NCBI RefSeq assembly: GCF_029265695.1
Contig: NZ_JAJUHW010000001.1
Span: 48,992-112,991, forward strand
DNA length: 64,000 nucleotides
Direction of reading: 5' to 3'
Source: Gracilinema caldarium
GTDB taxonomy: Bacteria; Spirochaetota; Spirochaetia; Treponematales; Breznakiellaceae
The position numbers and the translations under genes were made by a program. The first letter of the stretch is position 1, and each line of letters begins with the position of its first letter. A model generated the notes under the pieces. That model had not been told where the DNA came from. It did no database searches and saw nothing but the letters and a program-made list of their open reading frames with translations. This document shows positions 28,450 to 38,716 of the stretch, in pieces.

Positions 28450-29756
28450 GAGGAGGCAATTTCCTTAAGTATCAGTGTTCGGGGTGCGGGCTGGTTCTGT
28501 TGAATGTGCAGGGCTCCCAATATGAGCGGTTTTGCATCCTCAAGGCTCTGGGCTGATTTTCCCCAAACGGTCATAACCGGTTCCCCAGCTTTGACATAGT
28601 CTCCATAGCGTTTATGAAATTGGATTCCCGCGGTGGGGCTCACCGTATCTTCGGTGCGGTTTCGTCCAACCCCGAGGTGCACCCCTGCAAGTCCTATCTG
28701 GAATGCATCGATGTGGTGTATATAGCCAGAATCGGGAGCGGTAATCTGCATTACATATTCAGAACGGTATTTTCCACGTAATTCCAAAAGCTGCTTGGGG
28801 TTTCCTCCCTGGCTGCGAACATTGTCCAAAAAGAGCTCTCGGGGTTTGCCGCTTGCCAGGGCCTCTTCACAGCGTTTGCGTCCCTCTGCAGCGGTTTTTG
28901 CTTTCCCTCCCAATACAACCATGCGGGCTGCGAGCTCCAGGGTTACTTCCATAAGGTCCGCAGGCCCCTTGCCTTCGAGGCAATCGAGGGATTCCTCCAC
29001 CTCAAGGAAATTGCCCATCATATTTCCCAGGGGTTCGTTCATGTCGGTAAGAAGGGCTATAATTTTCTTACCCATGGCAGCGCCTGTGCTGACCAGGGAT
29101 CGGGCGAGTTTTTCCCCCTCCGCCGGGTCCTTCATGAATGCGCCGGAGCCGAATTTAACATCGAATACGAGACCTTCTGCTCCTTCGGCCACTTTCTTGG
29201 ATAGAATGCTGGCGGTAATGAGAGGGATCGATTCTACGGTGGCCGTAACGTCCCGGAGTGCGTAAAGGAGCCGATCCGCAGGGACTATTTCTTTTGTCTG
29301 GCCCGTCATGGCAAAGCCATCTTTGTTAATAATCGAACGGAATTCTTCTACGCTGAGATTGGTGCGGTATCCGGGAATGGATTCAAGTTTATCCAGGGTG
29401 CCTCCGGTATGTCCCAGGGCTCGGCCGGACATCATGGGGTCCCTTATACCGAGGCTTGCGACAAGGGGTGCCAGTATGAGGCTGGTTTTGTCACCCACTC
29501 CGCCGGTTGAATGTTTGTCTACAAAGGGGCCGGGAATGCCTGAAAGATCGATTACTTTGCCCGATTTGAGCATGACTTCGGTAAGCACACCAGTTTCGGC
29601 TGGTGTCATCCCCTGGAAAAAGACTGCCATGGCCCAGGCTGATACTTGGTAATCCGGAATGGTGCCTGCCACATAGCCACCAATAAGAAATTCAATTTCA
29701 TCCCGTGTAAGTTCCTGTCCAGAACGTTTTTTCATAATAATGTCTACAGCTCTCAT
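28446..29756 (-). CDS. pdp: Pyrimidine-nucleoside/thymidine phosphorylase
   Basis: DKHSTGGVGDK, MMSGRALGHTGGTLDKLESIPG, DVKFGSGAFMK. Confidence 0.94.
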   Translation of the reverse strand: MRAVDIIMKKRSGQELTRDEIEFLIGGYVAGTIPDYQVSAWAMAVFFQGMTPAETGVLTEVMLKSGKVIDLSGIPGPFVDKHSTGGVGDKTSLILAPLVASLGIRDPMMSGRALGHTGGTLDKLESIPGYRTNLSVEEFRSIINKDGFAMTGQTKEIVPADRLLYALRDVTATVESIPLITASILSKKVAEGAEGLVFDVKFGSGAFMKDPAEGEKLARSLVSTGAAMGKKIIALLTDMNEPLGNMMGNFLEVEESLDCLEGKGPADLMEVTLELAARMVVLGGKAKTAAEGRKRCEEALASGKPRELFLDNVRSQGGNPKQLLELRGKYRSEYVMQITAPDSGYIHHIDAFQIGLAGVHLGVGRNRTEDTVSPTAGIQFHKRYGDYVKAGEPVMTVWGKSAQSLEDAKPLILGALHIQQNQPAPRTLILKEIASS

Positions 29757-30532
29757 AGGTTACTCCTTCTGCTGTCAAGTGTGTCCCCAAAACTGATACG
29801 GCGGGTAAGGGCCTGTTGCAGCAACTCGGTTCCTAGTCGCTGTACCTGAGCCAGCGTATGTTCATCAACACGGTAGCGCTCCACCTGGCTCGCGGGTAAT
29901 TCCAGTATTCTCGAAACCCATCGCCGGCCTCCACCATTGATCGGAAAAAGCCGTTCCCGTTCAGTCCTTTGTATGGGTTCTCCACAGGAACTGCAATATG
30001 CCTGCTGTTCGAGGGAAGAGTACCATACTACTTCATCGGGGCGGACGTTGCAAGCGCAAATTTGGCAACGTTCCAGTTCTGGCAATAGACCGAGTACTTT
30101 AAGCCAGTTCCAGATAAAATAAGTTACAATAACAGGTATGCCAGCCTCTTGTATGGTACTGAGTGTCTCGAGGGTTTCTGAAAGCAGCGAGAACGCTTCC
30201 TGCCATGGACCTCCACTGCCCTGGCTTGCCAAGACTATTTCGAGCAGCGATGAACCTGCCATGAGATGTGAATAGGATTCCCGCAGTGCAGGCCGCCAAT
30301 GGCGAACATCAAAATCGGTAATTTTTTTGGTGTTTCGTACAGGGTCTTCGTAATACCATAGGATGCCTTCATGAAAGGGTGAAACATAGGCTCTGAGCTT
30401 ACTTTTGGGTCCTCCAAAAAGGGTGGCTTTAAGAATCCCTTCTTCCCGGGATAAGAATACCGCTTCCCGGTTCTCTTCTCCGCTTTGTCGCACCTGAAGT
30501 ACCAGGGCAGTACAGGTTTTGCTTCTGCTCAT
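29753..30532 (-). CDS. recO: DNA repair protein RecO
   Basis: N-terminal OB-like ALVLQVRQSGEENR; Zn finger CQIC...CSSC; operon context. Confidence 0.85.
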   Translation of the reverse strand: MSRSKTCTALVLQVRQSGEENREAVFLSREEGILKATLFGGPKSKLRAYVSPFHEGILWYYEDPVRNTKKITDFDVRHWRPALRESYSHLMAGSSLLEIVLASQGSGGPWQEAFSLLSETLETLSTIQEAGIPVIVTYFIWNWLKVLGLLPELERCQICACNVRPDEVVWYSSLEQQAYCSSCGEPIQRTERERLFPINGGGRRWVSRILELPASQVERYRVDEHTLAQVQRLGTELLQQALTRRISFGDTLDSRRSNL

Positions 30533-30544
30533 GATGGGTGCATC

Positions 30545-31867
30545 CTACAGGTCGAGGGCAAAAACCTTGCTTTTCCGTTCCTGGTTATAGACCTTTCGTT
30601 TTTTTTCGGGAAGCTGTTCCACTGGAATTTCTCGGAAGCCAAGATATTCAAACCAGTCATGGGTTCTGGTGGTAAGGACAAAGACCCGGCGGAAATTGCG
30701 TTTTCTGGCCCGGTCTATCAAGTAACCTACTATCCTGCGGCCCAAGCCTAAATCGGTGTATTGTGGATCCGTGGCAAGGGCTGCTATCTCTCCCTGGTCT
30801 TCTCCCCAGTCATGAAGGGCTCCGCAGGCATGGACTGAACCATCCACCTCATACACCACATAATCGTCTTTCTTTTCAAGGATCTGTTCTGCGTTTCGTT
30901 GTATCAGTATGCCCTTTTCCATAAGGGGTCCCATAAGCCTTAAGACTTCTGTAATGTCCGCTGGCTTAAGGGGCCTTATCGATTCATATTCATCGGCATA
31001 AACCATGGTCCCGACCCCCAGGTTCGAGAAGAGTTCCCGTAGCACCGCGCCTTCTTCTCTGCTGTCTACAATATGGACTCGTTCTACGCCGAGACGGCAT
31101 GCCCGGATGGCCAGGGCCAATTCTTTAAGTGCCGGTTCATTGGTTTGTTTCGGGTTGAGCTTGAGTATTTCCTCCGCTTCCTGGGGGGTGAGACGGGCAA
31201 GTCTGCCAGAAGTCCCTGAATAGACCGATTCTGGAATCCTGCACTGTTCGCTTGTGATGCCGGATCGGTTAGAAACAATAAAAAATTTCACTGCCCTTAA
31301 GGCTTCACAGGCAGCAAGGGCAATTTCGTCGCTCGGAAGGTTGTAAGGCTTACCTGCAGGGCTCCAGCCAATACAGGGTAAAATCGGCACCATGCCAAGA
31401 TCCATCAGTTTTTTTAAGCTTTCCGCCTGTATCTTATCGACCATGCCTGAATGGGCGAAATCTATACCGTTTACAACGCCAATTCCCCGGGCTCGGACAA
31501 AGTTCCCGATGACTGCGTCTACTCGGCTTGCTGATAGTTCGGTCATATAGCGGGTGGCTACTTCAAAAGCAGCCATTTTTACAAAGGGAATAGCTGCTTC
31601 GGTGGTTATTCTGACCGACCCCTCATAGGATGATTCAATGTCATATTCTTTTAAAACCGCGTCAATCCATTCCTTAGCTCCCGGGACAATGACAATGCGG
31701 ATCCCTGTTTGAGCAAGCAGGGCGAGATCTTTCATGAGGTACTTGAACTGCCGGTCTTCGGTAACCGGAAAATCGATTTTGAACACCATGGTGGTGCCAT
31801 CAAAACGGCTCTGGTAATAAAAGGCTTCCCGTATCAGGTCCACCTGGCTCCGGTTTTGTTCATCCAT
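30545..31867 (-). CDS. argA: Amino-acid N-acetyltransferase (N-acetylglutamate synthase, AAK plus GNAT)
   Basis: REAFYYQSRF, GVERVHIVD, RELFSNLGVGTMV, GEIAALA, VFVLTTRTHDWF. Confidence 0.93.
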   Translation of the reverse strand: MDEQNRSQVDLIREAFYYQSRFDGTTMVFKIDFPVTEDRQFKYLMKDLALLAQTGIRIVIVPGAKEWIDAVLKEYDIESSYEGSVRITTEAAIPFVKMAAFEVATRYMTELSASRVDAVIGNFVRARGIGVVNGIDFAHSGMVDKIQAESLKKLMDLGMVPILPCIGWSPAGKPYNLPSDEIALAACEALRAVKFFIVSNRSGITSEQCRIPESVYSGTSGRLARLTPQEAEEILKLNPKQTNEPALKELALAIRACRLGVERVHIVDSREEGAVLRELFSNLGVGTMVYADEYESIRPLKPADITEVLRLMGPLMEKGILIQRNAEQILEKKDDYVVYEVDGSVHACGALHDWGEDQGEIAALATDPQYTDLGLGRRIVGYLIDRARKRNFRRVFVLTTRTHDWFEYLGFREIPVEQLPEKKRKVYNQERKSKVFALDL

Positions 31868-31938
31868 AGTGTCTATTGTAAAGGGAAATTATGAAAAAAG
31901 AAAAGCCGTAGACTGAAACTTTATGGTATATTATAAGA

Positions 31939-33786
31939 GTGTATCATACTATATTTCTTTCGTTAATTAATGTATTAACGTCCCTTTTTAGCCGGGGGGC
32001 TTTGAGGCGCACCCTTCTTATCACTTTAACAGTTCTTTTGGTTTTTATCTTCGGATTTTCCTGGTTTTTTACTGCCCGCAGTTTGCAAAATGTTTCAGAA
32101 AAGACCCTGAATGATTTAGCAAAGCGTACATCTCGAATTGTTTTTGAGGAATTTTCAAGTCATATTGCAAACCATGAAAGCTTGATTAAAACAAATACAA
32201 TTATTTTCGAAGAGGCTTCTCCTTTTCATTATGATGATCTCTTACCTCTTCTTGAAAAGGAGCTACTTGCTTTTCCCTCTGTACATATCGTATGCGCTGG
32301 TTTTTCAGATGGGTCCTATATAGAAGCCCAGCGTTTGGAAGAGGGAACCATTCGGTATGGTAAAGCAGGAAAAGAAACAGCTGGAGATCTCGTGTGGTAT
32401 ACAGCTTATGAGGATGGCACTCTCAAAGAAGTAGACCGCAGAAAATCCTATGATCCCCGAACAAGACCCTGGTATGTGAATGCTCTTGCTGCAGGTACTT
32501 TAAGTTTTTCTGATCCCTTTACTATTGTGTCGACAGGGAATCAGGTAATAGCAGCTTCAATTCCCTTTTATGCTAAAAACGGTACTATCCACGGGGTGAT
32601 CAGCGTTGATTTCTTATTAAATGATCTGGCAAAGACCATTGCTGATCTCGCTCAAGAATATCAAGGGTATGTGGCAATAAGAGATGTAAAAGGGAATCTT
32701 ATTTTCAGTTCCGATGGGAAACAGCAAGAAGGGTATTGGCCTTTACCTCCTTTACATGAAACGGCTAAAACCTTGGTTTTCAAGGGAGTCCCCTATCGGG
32801 TACTTACGCATCAGTATAGACAGCAATCTGCGGCTTCTTGGTTCGTCACTATCGCCTTGCCCGAAAATGCCTTTCGAGCCGAACTTTATCGGAACATGGT
32901 CAACATGACCATATTGTACGTTATAACTTTCCTTGTATTTGCCGTTCTCATATACGGGATAGTGGTAGCAGTTGAGACCCCTATCCACAATTTCACAAGG
33001 CTGGTGAGCCGCCTGAGTCTTGAAGCCTGGTTTACCCTCGATTTTTCCCCCGAAGAAGATGCAATGCTAAAATCCATAGCACTGCGAAAGAACGAGCTGG
33101 GTTCCCTTGCCCGGTCTTTTGAAAATCTGCTCGAAAAATTGCGTGATACCATGGGTTCATTAAAACAATCTCTTGCAGATAAGGACGTGCTTTTAAAAGA
33201 AGTACATCACCGGGTAAAAAACAACCTTCAGGTAATTGCGAGTCTTATTCATTTGGAAGCAGACAAATTGGATGATGAACCCTTCCAAGCTGTCTTATTT
33301 GAGCTGGAAGAAAAAGTCTATGCCATGTCAATGGTGCATGAAACGGTATATACTTCCAATTCATTCAGTCTGGTGCCCATGTCTGTCTATCTTGAACGGC
33401 TTGCTCACAGTCTGGAATCCTACCATTCGTTACTTATACCTATTTTCATTGAGACAGATGCGGATAATGTATCCCTTCCCCTTGATCGGGCTATTACCTG
33501 CGCCCTCATTATTGTGGAACTAGCAACCAATTCCTTTAAGTATGCCTTTGGCAGAAAAACCGAAGGCCGTATTACTATTTTATTAAAAGAACAGGGTGAT
33601 GAATATCTTTTAGCGGTAGAGGATAATGGCTGCGGTTTTGATGCGGCCGATAAGGAACGAATTATCGAAGGGACTGGCGTAGGGAGTCTCATAACGCAGG
33701 CTCTTACGGCTCAAATTAAAGGAACTATGAAGCTCCACACGGGACCGGCAGGAACTCGAGTAGAAATCCGTTTCCCAAAACAATAG
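31939..33786 (+). CDS. dCache-domain sensor histidine kinase, HisKA_2 family
   Basis: YDPRTRPWY (dCache), EVHHRVKNNL, ELATNSFKY, EDNGCG. Confidence 0.9.
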   Translation: MYHTIFLSLINVLTSLFSRGALRRTLLITLTVLLVFIFGFSWFFTARSLQNVSEKTLNDLAKRTSRIVFEEFSSHIANHESLIKTNTIIFEEASPFHYDDLLPLLEKELLAFPSVHIVCAGFSDGSYIEAQRLEEGTIRYGKAGKETAGDLVWYTAYEDGTLKEVDRRKSYDPRTRPWYVNALAAGTLSFSDPFTIVSTGNQVIAASIPFYAKNGTIHGVISVDFLLNDLAKTIADLAQEYQGYVAIRDVKGNLIFSSDGKQQEGYWPLPPLHETAKTLVFKGVPYRVLTHQYRQQSAASWFVTIALPENAFRAELYRNMVNMTILYVITFLVFAVLIYGIVVAVETPIHNFTRLVSRLSLEAWFTLDFSPEEDAMLKSIALRKNELGSLARSFENLLEKLRDTMGSLKQSLADKDVLLKEVHHRVKNNLQVIASLIHLEADKLDDEPFQAVLFELEEKVYAMSMVHETVYTSNSFSLVPMSVYLERLAHSLESYHSLLIPIFIETDADNVSLPLDRAITCALIIVELATNSFKYAFGRKTEGRITILLKEQGDEYLLAVEDNGCGFDAADKERIIEGTGVGSLITQALTAQIKGTMKLHTGPAGTRVEIRFPKQ

Positions 33787-34006
33787 GGAAGTGCCCGCCG
33801 CTGAGTTCCCCGATATGGTGTTGTTCTGTGGGTAACAAGTTCCTGAATTTATGAGCCTTATTTTTGTTGTTTTACCCGAAAATTCGTTCTCTTTAGCCGC
33901 TTTTCTTGCCTTTTTGCCAGAAAATAAGCATATTTTAGGCTAAAGGCTGCGAATTTATCGGCAGCTTATCGATGTAATTTATTTACATTCATATAAGAGG
34001 TTTTAT

Positions 34007-36559
34007 ATGTCAGAACAGGGTATTATTCCTATTGATCAGATACTTCCGAATAAGTTGTACCTGGTAGCTCTCATGGGGAGACCTATTTTCCCTGGTATTT
34101 TTACCCCCATTATGATCGGCAACCCCGCTGACGTTAAGGTGGTGGATGAAGCGCTGGCAGGGGACGGCCTTATCGGCCTTGTGATGCTGCAAAATGAGAG
34201 CGAAAACCCCACTATCGATGACCTGTACAAGGTTGGAACGGTCGCAAAGATTGTAAAAAAGATAAACATTCCTGATGGAGGGGTGAATATTTTTATCTCC
34301 ACCCTTAAGCGGTTCCGTATAAAGAAAACACTCAATGCGTCGAACCCGATTGTGGCGGCGGTAGAATATCTTGAGGACGAAGAGGATGATACCAGCGAGG
34401 TTAAGGCCTTGACCCGGGCCCTGATCAGCGAAATGAAACAGGTATCAGAAAATAATCCCCTCTTTTCCGAAGAAATGCGGCTAAATATGATCAATATTGA
34501 TCATCCTGGGAAAATCGCCGACTTTATCGCCAGCATTCTTAATATCGACAAGACGGAACAACAGCGGATTCTGGAAATACTTAATGTCCGTAAACGCATG
34601 GAACAGGTGCTGGTATTCATCAAAAAAGAACAGGAACTCCTTAAGATCCAGAAGAAGATCCAAAAGGAAATAAACGAAAAAATCGAAAAGAGCCAGCGGG
34701 AATATTTCCTCAGAGAAGAACTTAAGGCTATTAAAAACGAGCTCGGCATGACGACCGACGCAAAAAGCAGCGAGTACCAGAAATTCCGGGACAAGCTGAA
34801 TGAAATTCACCTCGATGATGAGGTCCGGGAAGCGGTAGAGCAGGAGCTTGAAAAATTTAGCCTTATGGATCCCAACTCCAGCGAGTTTATCGTGACCCGG
34901 AACTATCTGGATACCATTGTAAACCTGCCGTGGAATAAGGAAAGCAATACGGAACTCGATATGGACTATGCCCGCAAGGTTCTGGAAGAAGACCACTACG
35001 GACTCAAGGATGTCAAGGACCGTATCATGGAATTCCTTGCGGTCCGCAAGCTCCGCAATGATACCAAAGGTTCTATCCTCTGCCTTGTGGGCCCCCCCGG
35101 AGTGGGTAAAACCAGTGTTGGCCGGTCCATAGCCCGGGCTTTGGGCAAGCAATTTTTCCGCTTCTCCGTTGGCGGTATGCGGGATGAGGCCGAAATTAAG
35201 GGCCACCGGCGGACCTATGTGGGGGCCATGCCGGGTAAAATTATCCAAGGGCTCAAGCTCGTGAAGACTAAGGATCCGGTTTTCATGATTGATGAGATAG
35301 ATAAAATGGGCTCAAGCTACCAGGGAGACCCTTCGAGCGCTCTCCTTGAAGTATTGGACCCTGAGCAAAACTACGCCTTCCGGGATCACTATCTGGACCT
35401 GCCCTTTGACGTATCCCATGTATTCTTTATTGTCACTGCAAATACGCTGGATACTATCCCGGGCCCCCTCCTTGACCGTATGGAGGTAATCCAAATTCCC
35501 GGTTATATCGATATCGAAAAACTTGAAATCGCCAAACAGTACTTAATTCCCAAGAGCCTCGAAAAGAATGGCCTACAGCCAAACCAAGTCCGCTACACCC
35601 GGGATGCGCTGCTCTTTATTGCCAACGGGTACGCTCGTGAGGCGGGGGTCCGCAACTTTGAAAAAAACCTGGATAAGATTCACCGGAAACTGGCTAAGCA
35701 TATTTTGGAAACCCTACCTGAATATGCTGAACGGCTCGCCCAGCATTACGGTGCACAAAAACGAGAAGAAGTAATGAATTACATTAAAAAGGCAGCACAG
35801 ATTATCGATGAATCAAATTTATCAGAAGGTCCCGGAGAGATTTTTGATAAAATCGGAGCTGCCATGAAAAATCCCCCTGCGGAACCGCCGAAAAAAAAGA
35901 GGCCTATTATAAAACTACAGGAAAACGAAAAATTTGTCATCGATAAGGCAGCGGTAGAAAAATACCTCGGGAAGCCCATCTTTGCAGAAGAAGAGGTAAA
36001 ACGGGCCGACAGGCCTGGTATGGCTGTGGGCCTTGCCTGGACCAGCATGGGCGGTGACACCCTCATTATCGAAGCGGTTGCAACTCCCGGAAAGGAAGGC
36101 CTCACCCTGACGGGTAAAATGGGGGATGTGATGAAAGAAAGCGCGACCATCGCCTATACCTATACGCGAAAGCTTGTTGCGGAAAAATATGGCATCGGTC
36201 AGGAATGGTTCGAGAAAAATCACATCCACCTGCATATTCCCGAAGGCGCTACTCCTAAGGATGGCCCCTCGGCAGGTATTACCATGGCCACAGCCCTTAT
36301 TTCTCTGGTGACCAACCGGACTATTGTGGACCGTATCGTTATGACCGGGGAGCTGAGTCTCACCGGCCAGGTTTTGCCAATTGGGGGGCTTAAAGAAAAG
36401 ACTATCGCAGCCCAGCGAAACAAGGCTAAACACATTATCATCCCCAAAAAGAACCTCCGGGATTTAGATGAAATTCCAGATCATGTGAAAAAGGGAATTG
36501 AATTCCATCCGGTAGAACGATACGAAGAAGTCCTAGCCCTGGTGCTGCCAGATAAATAA
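34007..36559 (+). CDS. lon: ATP-dependent protease La with an insertion before the protease domain
   Basis: Walker A GPPGVGKTS, IDEIDK, HIPEGATPKDGPSAG (catalytic Ser), PIGGLKEK (Lys). Confidence 0.98.
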   Translation: MSEQGIIPIDQILPNKLYLVALMGRPIFPGIFTPIMIGNPADVKVVDEALAGDGLIGLVMLQNESENPTIDDLYKVGTVAKIVKKINIPDGGVNIFISTLKRFRIKKTLNASNPIVAAVEYLEDEEDDTSEVKALTRALISEMKQVSENNPLFSEEMRLNMINIDHPGKIADFIASILNIDKTEQQRILEILNVRKRMEQVLVFIKKEQELLKIQKKIQKEINEKIEKSQREYFLREELKAIKNELGMTTDAKSSEYQKFRDKLNEIHLDDEVREAVEQELEKFSLMDPNSSEFIVTRNYLDTIVNLPWNKESNTELDMDYARKVLEEDHYGLKDVKDRIMEFLAVRKLRNDTKGSILCLVGPPGVGKTSVGRSIARALGKQFFRFSVGGMRDEAEIKGHRRTYVGAMPGKIIQGLKLVKTKDPVFMIDEIDKMGSSYQGDPSSALLEVLDPEQNYAFRDHYLDLPFDVSHVFFIVTANTLDTIPGPLLDRMEVIQIPGYIDIEKLEIAKQYLIPKSLEKNGLQPNQVRYTRDALLFIANGYAREAGVRNFEKNLDKIHRKLAKHILETLPEYAERLAQHYGAQKREEVMNYIKKAAQIIDESNLSEGPGEIFDKIGAAMKNPPAEPPKKKRPIIKLQENEKFVIDKAAVEKYLGKPIFAEEEVKRADRPGMAVGLAWTSMGGDTLIIEAVATPGKEGLTLTGKMGDVMKESATIAYTYTRKLVAEKYGIGQEWFEKNHIHLHIPEGATPKDGPSAGITMATALISLVTNRTIVDRIVMTGELSLTGQVLPIGGLKEKTIAAQRNKAKHIIIPKKNLRDLDEIPDHVKKGIEFHPVERYEEVLALVLPDK

Positions 36560-36570
36560 GGTGTCTGCCG

Positions 36571-36972
36571 GTGTATCAGCATGCAAAGCTCAGGGCCTTT
36601 GAGAACCAACTCAAGGCCCTGTTTAATGAAGTGGATCACCAACTGGAGGACCGCTGGGGAAACCTCTATGCGGTACACCCAAACCGGCCTCGCCGGGGAG
36701 AGACGGCGGACCCCGAAATGGACGGCCTTTTTGAGGTTGCTGCCGATTTTACCCCCGGCATCGGCTCCGAAATGGGGCGCGGTTATATCATCAGTCTCCG
36801 GGTTGCTACGCTTGATCGGCTTGACCCGGCTCAGTTCGAAGCCCTTATGGAAGAAGCGGCGGGGATTGTAAAACAGCTCCTTCCCCGTTATTTCCCAGAA
36901 CGATCCCTCCAGGTTGTTCGTGACGGAAAACGGTTTAAAATAGTCGGAGATTTTTCATTGGGCTTTGTGTAA
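36571..36972 (+). CDS. Hypothetical protein downstream of lon
   Basis: 133-aa ORF 11 nt after the lon stop, same strand; HPNRPRRGETADPEMDGLF motif. Confidence 0.7.
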   Translation: MYQHAKLRAFENQLKALFNEVDHQLEDRWGNLYAVHPNRPRRGETADPEMDGLFEVAADFTPGIGSEMGRGYIISLRVATLDRLDPAQFEALMEEAAGIVKQLLPRYFPERSLQVVRDGKRFKIVGDFSLGFV

Positions 36973-37033
36973 GTATGCAAGAGGTTGTATAGCTCCACTT
37001 GTAATTTAGAAATAATTATTACATATTTGTATT

Positions 37034-38653
37034 ATGGAATCTGTTTCTATGAAAGGTACTATTTCATCCCAAGAACAAGCAAGAAAGGCTGTCCTCTTAC
37101 GCCGTGTGCTTTTAGTCATTTTAATTGTACTTCCCGTCGCATTTATCTCGGATTTTCTTACCGCCGATGTGGTGAATGCCGCTTTTGAAGCAGCGGTGTT
37201 TTTTGCCATGGTTGTTGCTTTTTTTATACTCCTCAGGGGAAATTATATGCTTGCCAGCAGGGTAACTATCCTTGCAGGAGGAATATTGCTGCTTCTTATG
37301 TCTTTTGTGGTAGGCAAGACACCGAATACGACGTTAATATATCGCAATATCTCATATTATTCATTAATTCTTGCCTTAGTCATTCTATTTAGCTTTACCC
37401 GTCTCACTGCATATATCGTTGTAGGAACAGGCCTTGCTGCCCTTTTTGCGTTTTCTTTTGGACGCCTTCTGCCTGCAGGAATTTCTTTCAGGGCCATTCT
37501 GATTGAGTTGGTAACGAGCCTTGTGCTGTATGGCCTGGTAAGTTTCTTTTTAATTACCGCAGCTACTATTTCTGCCCAGTTTTATGCAGAACTTGAACGG
37601 GAACGGAACAGGCTTGCCACCAAGATGGACCAGCTTAGGCGAGTAATTGAAGGGGCATTTAAAAATATGGATGCCCTGGGAAACCTGTCATCCCGGATGG
37701 ACGAAATACGTCAGCTCGTTTCCGATGCCGGTTTGGCTATCCTAAAGATAGAAAACCAGGTCCACAAGCTTGAACAGAACAGCTCCGATTCTTCTGCTGC
37801 AACAGAACTGATTGCGGCTCGAATCAACGATTTGAATCAGAGCATAGAGAGCGAGTCCGCAGCCCAGATTGAGTCTTCCGCTTCTATAAACGAAATGGTT
37901 GCATCAATCCGAAATGTAGCAGAATCGGCAGCCCGGCGCAGGTCTGCCCTTGAAAAACTTACCGGGACCACCGACAGCGGTATGCAGCGCCTTGATGCTC
38001 TATTAGGCTATATCTCAAAAATCGAAGGAAGCATCGGGTCTATTCAGCAGATGGTGGCGGTTATCAATGCTATTGCTGGATCCACCAACCTGCTTTCCAT
38101 GAATGCAGCTATCGAAGCCGCCCATGCAGGGGATGCAGGCAGGGGTTTTGCTGTCGTGGCCGATGAAATACGAAATCTGGCTGATACGACTGGCAAAAAT
38201 GCAAAAGAAATAGGCCGGCAGCTCAAAGAAGTGATTCAGATTATAAAAACCGCGGCTGACGAAAGTGATACCACCCGGGCTGCCTTCCAGGAAATACGCA
38301 GAGAAATTGACAGTGTGATTGACGCTTTTAACGAAATTTCTACCGCTACCGAAGAACTTGCTGAGGGCGGCCGTCAGATCCTCGAAGCCCTGCAGACACT
38401 CAGCGATATGTCTTCCCAATTAACATCAGGGGGGAAGGAAATTGCTTCAGCACAGAAAAATCTGGAAGCACTGCAAAGTCAAACACGGACTTCCTTGTCT
38501 GAATTGCTTGATGATGCGGAAGTTATCAAAGAAAAGGACCAAGCTATCCTTGAATCAGTGAATCAGGTTGCTCGTCTGAGTGTAGACAGCAAAAAACAAG
38601 CTGAGGAACTGCACGAAGCGAGCAGGGCCCTGAACGAAGATTTGAATACTTAG
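37034..38653 (+). CDS. Methyl-accepting chemotaxis protein with a polytopic membrane sensor
   Basis: About 6 N-terminal TM segments; TNLLSMNAAIEAAHAGDAGRGFAVVADEIRNLA. Confidence 0.93.
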   Translation: MESVSMKGTISSQEQARKAVLLRRVLLVILIVLPVAFISDFLTADVVNAAFEAAVFFAMVVAFFILLRGNYMLASRVTILAGGILLLLMSFVVGKTPNTTLIYRNISYYSLILALVILFSFTRLTAYIVVGTGLAALFAFSFGRLLPAGISFRAILIELVTSLVLYGLVSFFLITAATISAQFYAELERERNRLATKMDQLRRVIEGAFKNMDALGNLSSRMDEIRQLVSDAGLAILKIENQVHKLEQNSSDSSAATELIAARINDLNQSIESESAAQIESSASINEMVASIRNVAESAARRRSALEKLTGTTDSGMQRLDALLGYISKIEGSIGSIQQMVAVINAIAGSTNLLSMNAAIEAAHAGDAGRGFAVVADEIRNLADTTGKNAKEIGRQLKEVIQIIKTAADESDTTRAAFQEIRREIDSVIDAFNEISTATEELAEGGRQILEALQTLSDMSSQLTSGGKEIASAQKNLEALQSQTRTSLSELLDDAEVIKEKDQAILESVNQVARLSVDSKKQAEELHEASRALNEDLNT

Positions 38654-38665
38654 CCAATTTAAAAT

Positions 38666-38716
38666 TTGACAGATCTTCTGTGCCGTGATACTATTTTGTT
38701 ATGAGCAACCGGTTGC
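38666..38716 (+). promoter_or_regulatory. Extended -10 promoter plus an in-CDS LacI-type operator for the galactan locus
   Basis: TTGACA 38666-38671, N17, TG-A-TACTAT 38686-38694; ATG 38701 at the predicted +1; perfect palindrome GCAACCGGTTGC 38705-38716. Confidence 0.75.

Noticed and set aside
33787-34006. Structured RNA upstream of lon
   Set aside because: Only short imperfect stems (GGGTAA/TTACCC, GCTGC/GCAGC); no recognisable riboswitch or thermometer could be supported.
34481-35248. 255-aa ORF antisense to lon (and similar shadow ORFs over alaS, dnaE, recJ, pdp, fusA and the MCPs)
   Set aside because: These are antisense or alternative-frame shadows of strongly conserved genes, with no motifs or translation signals.
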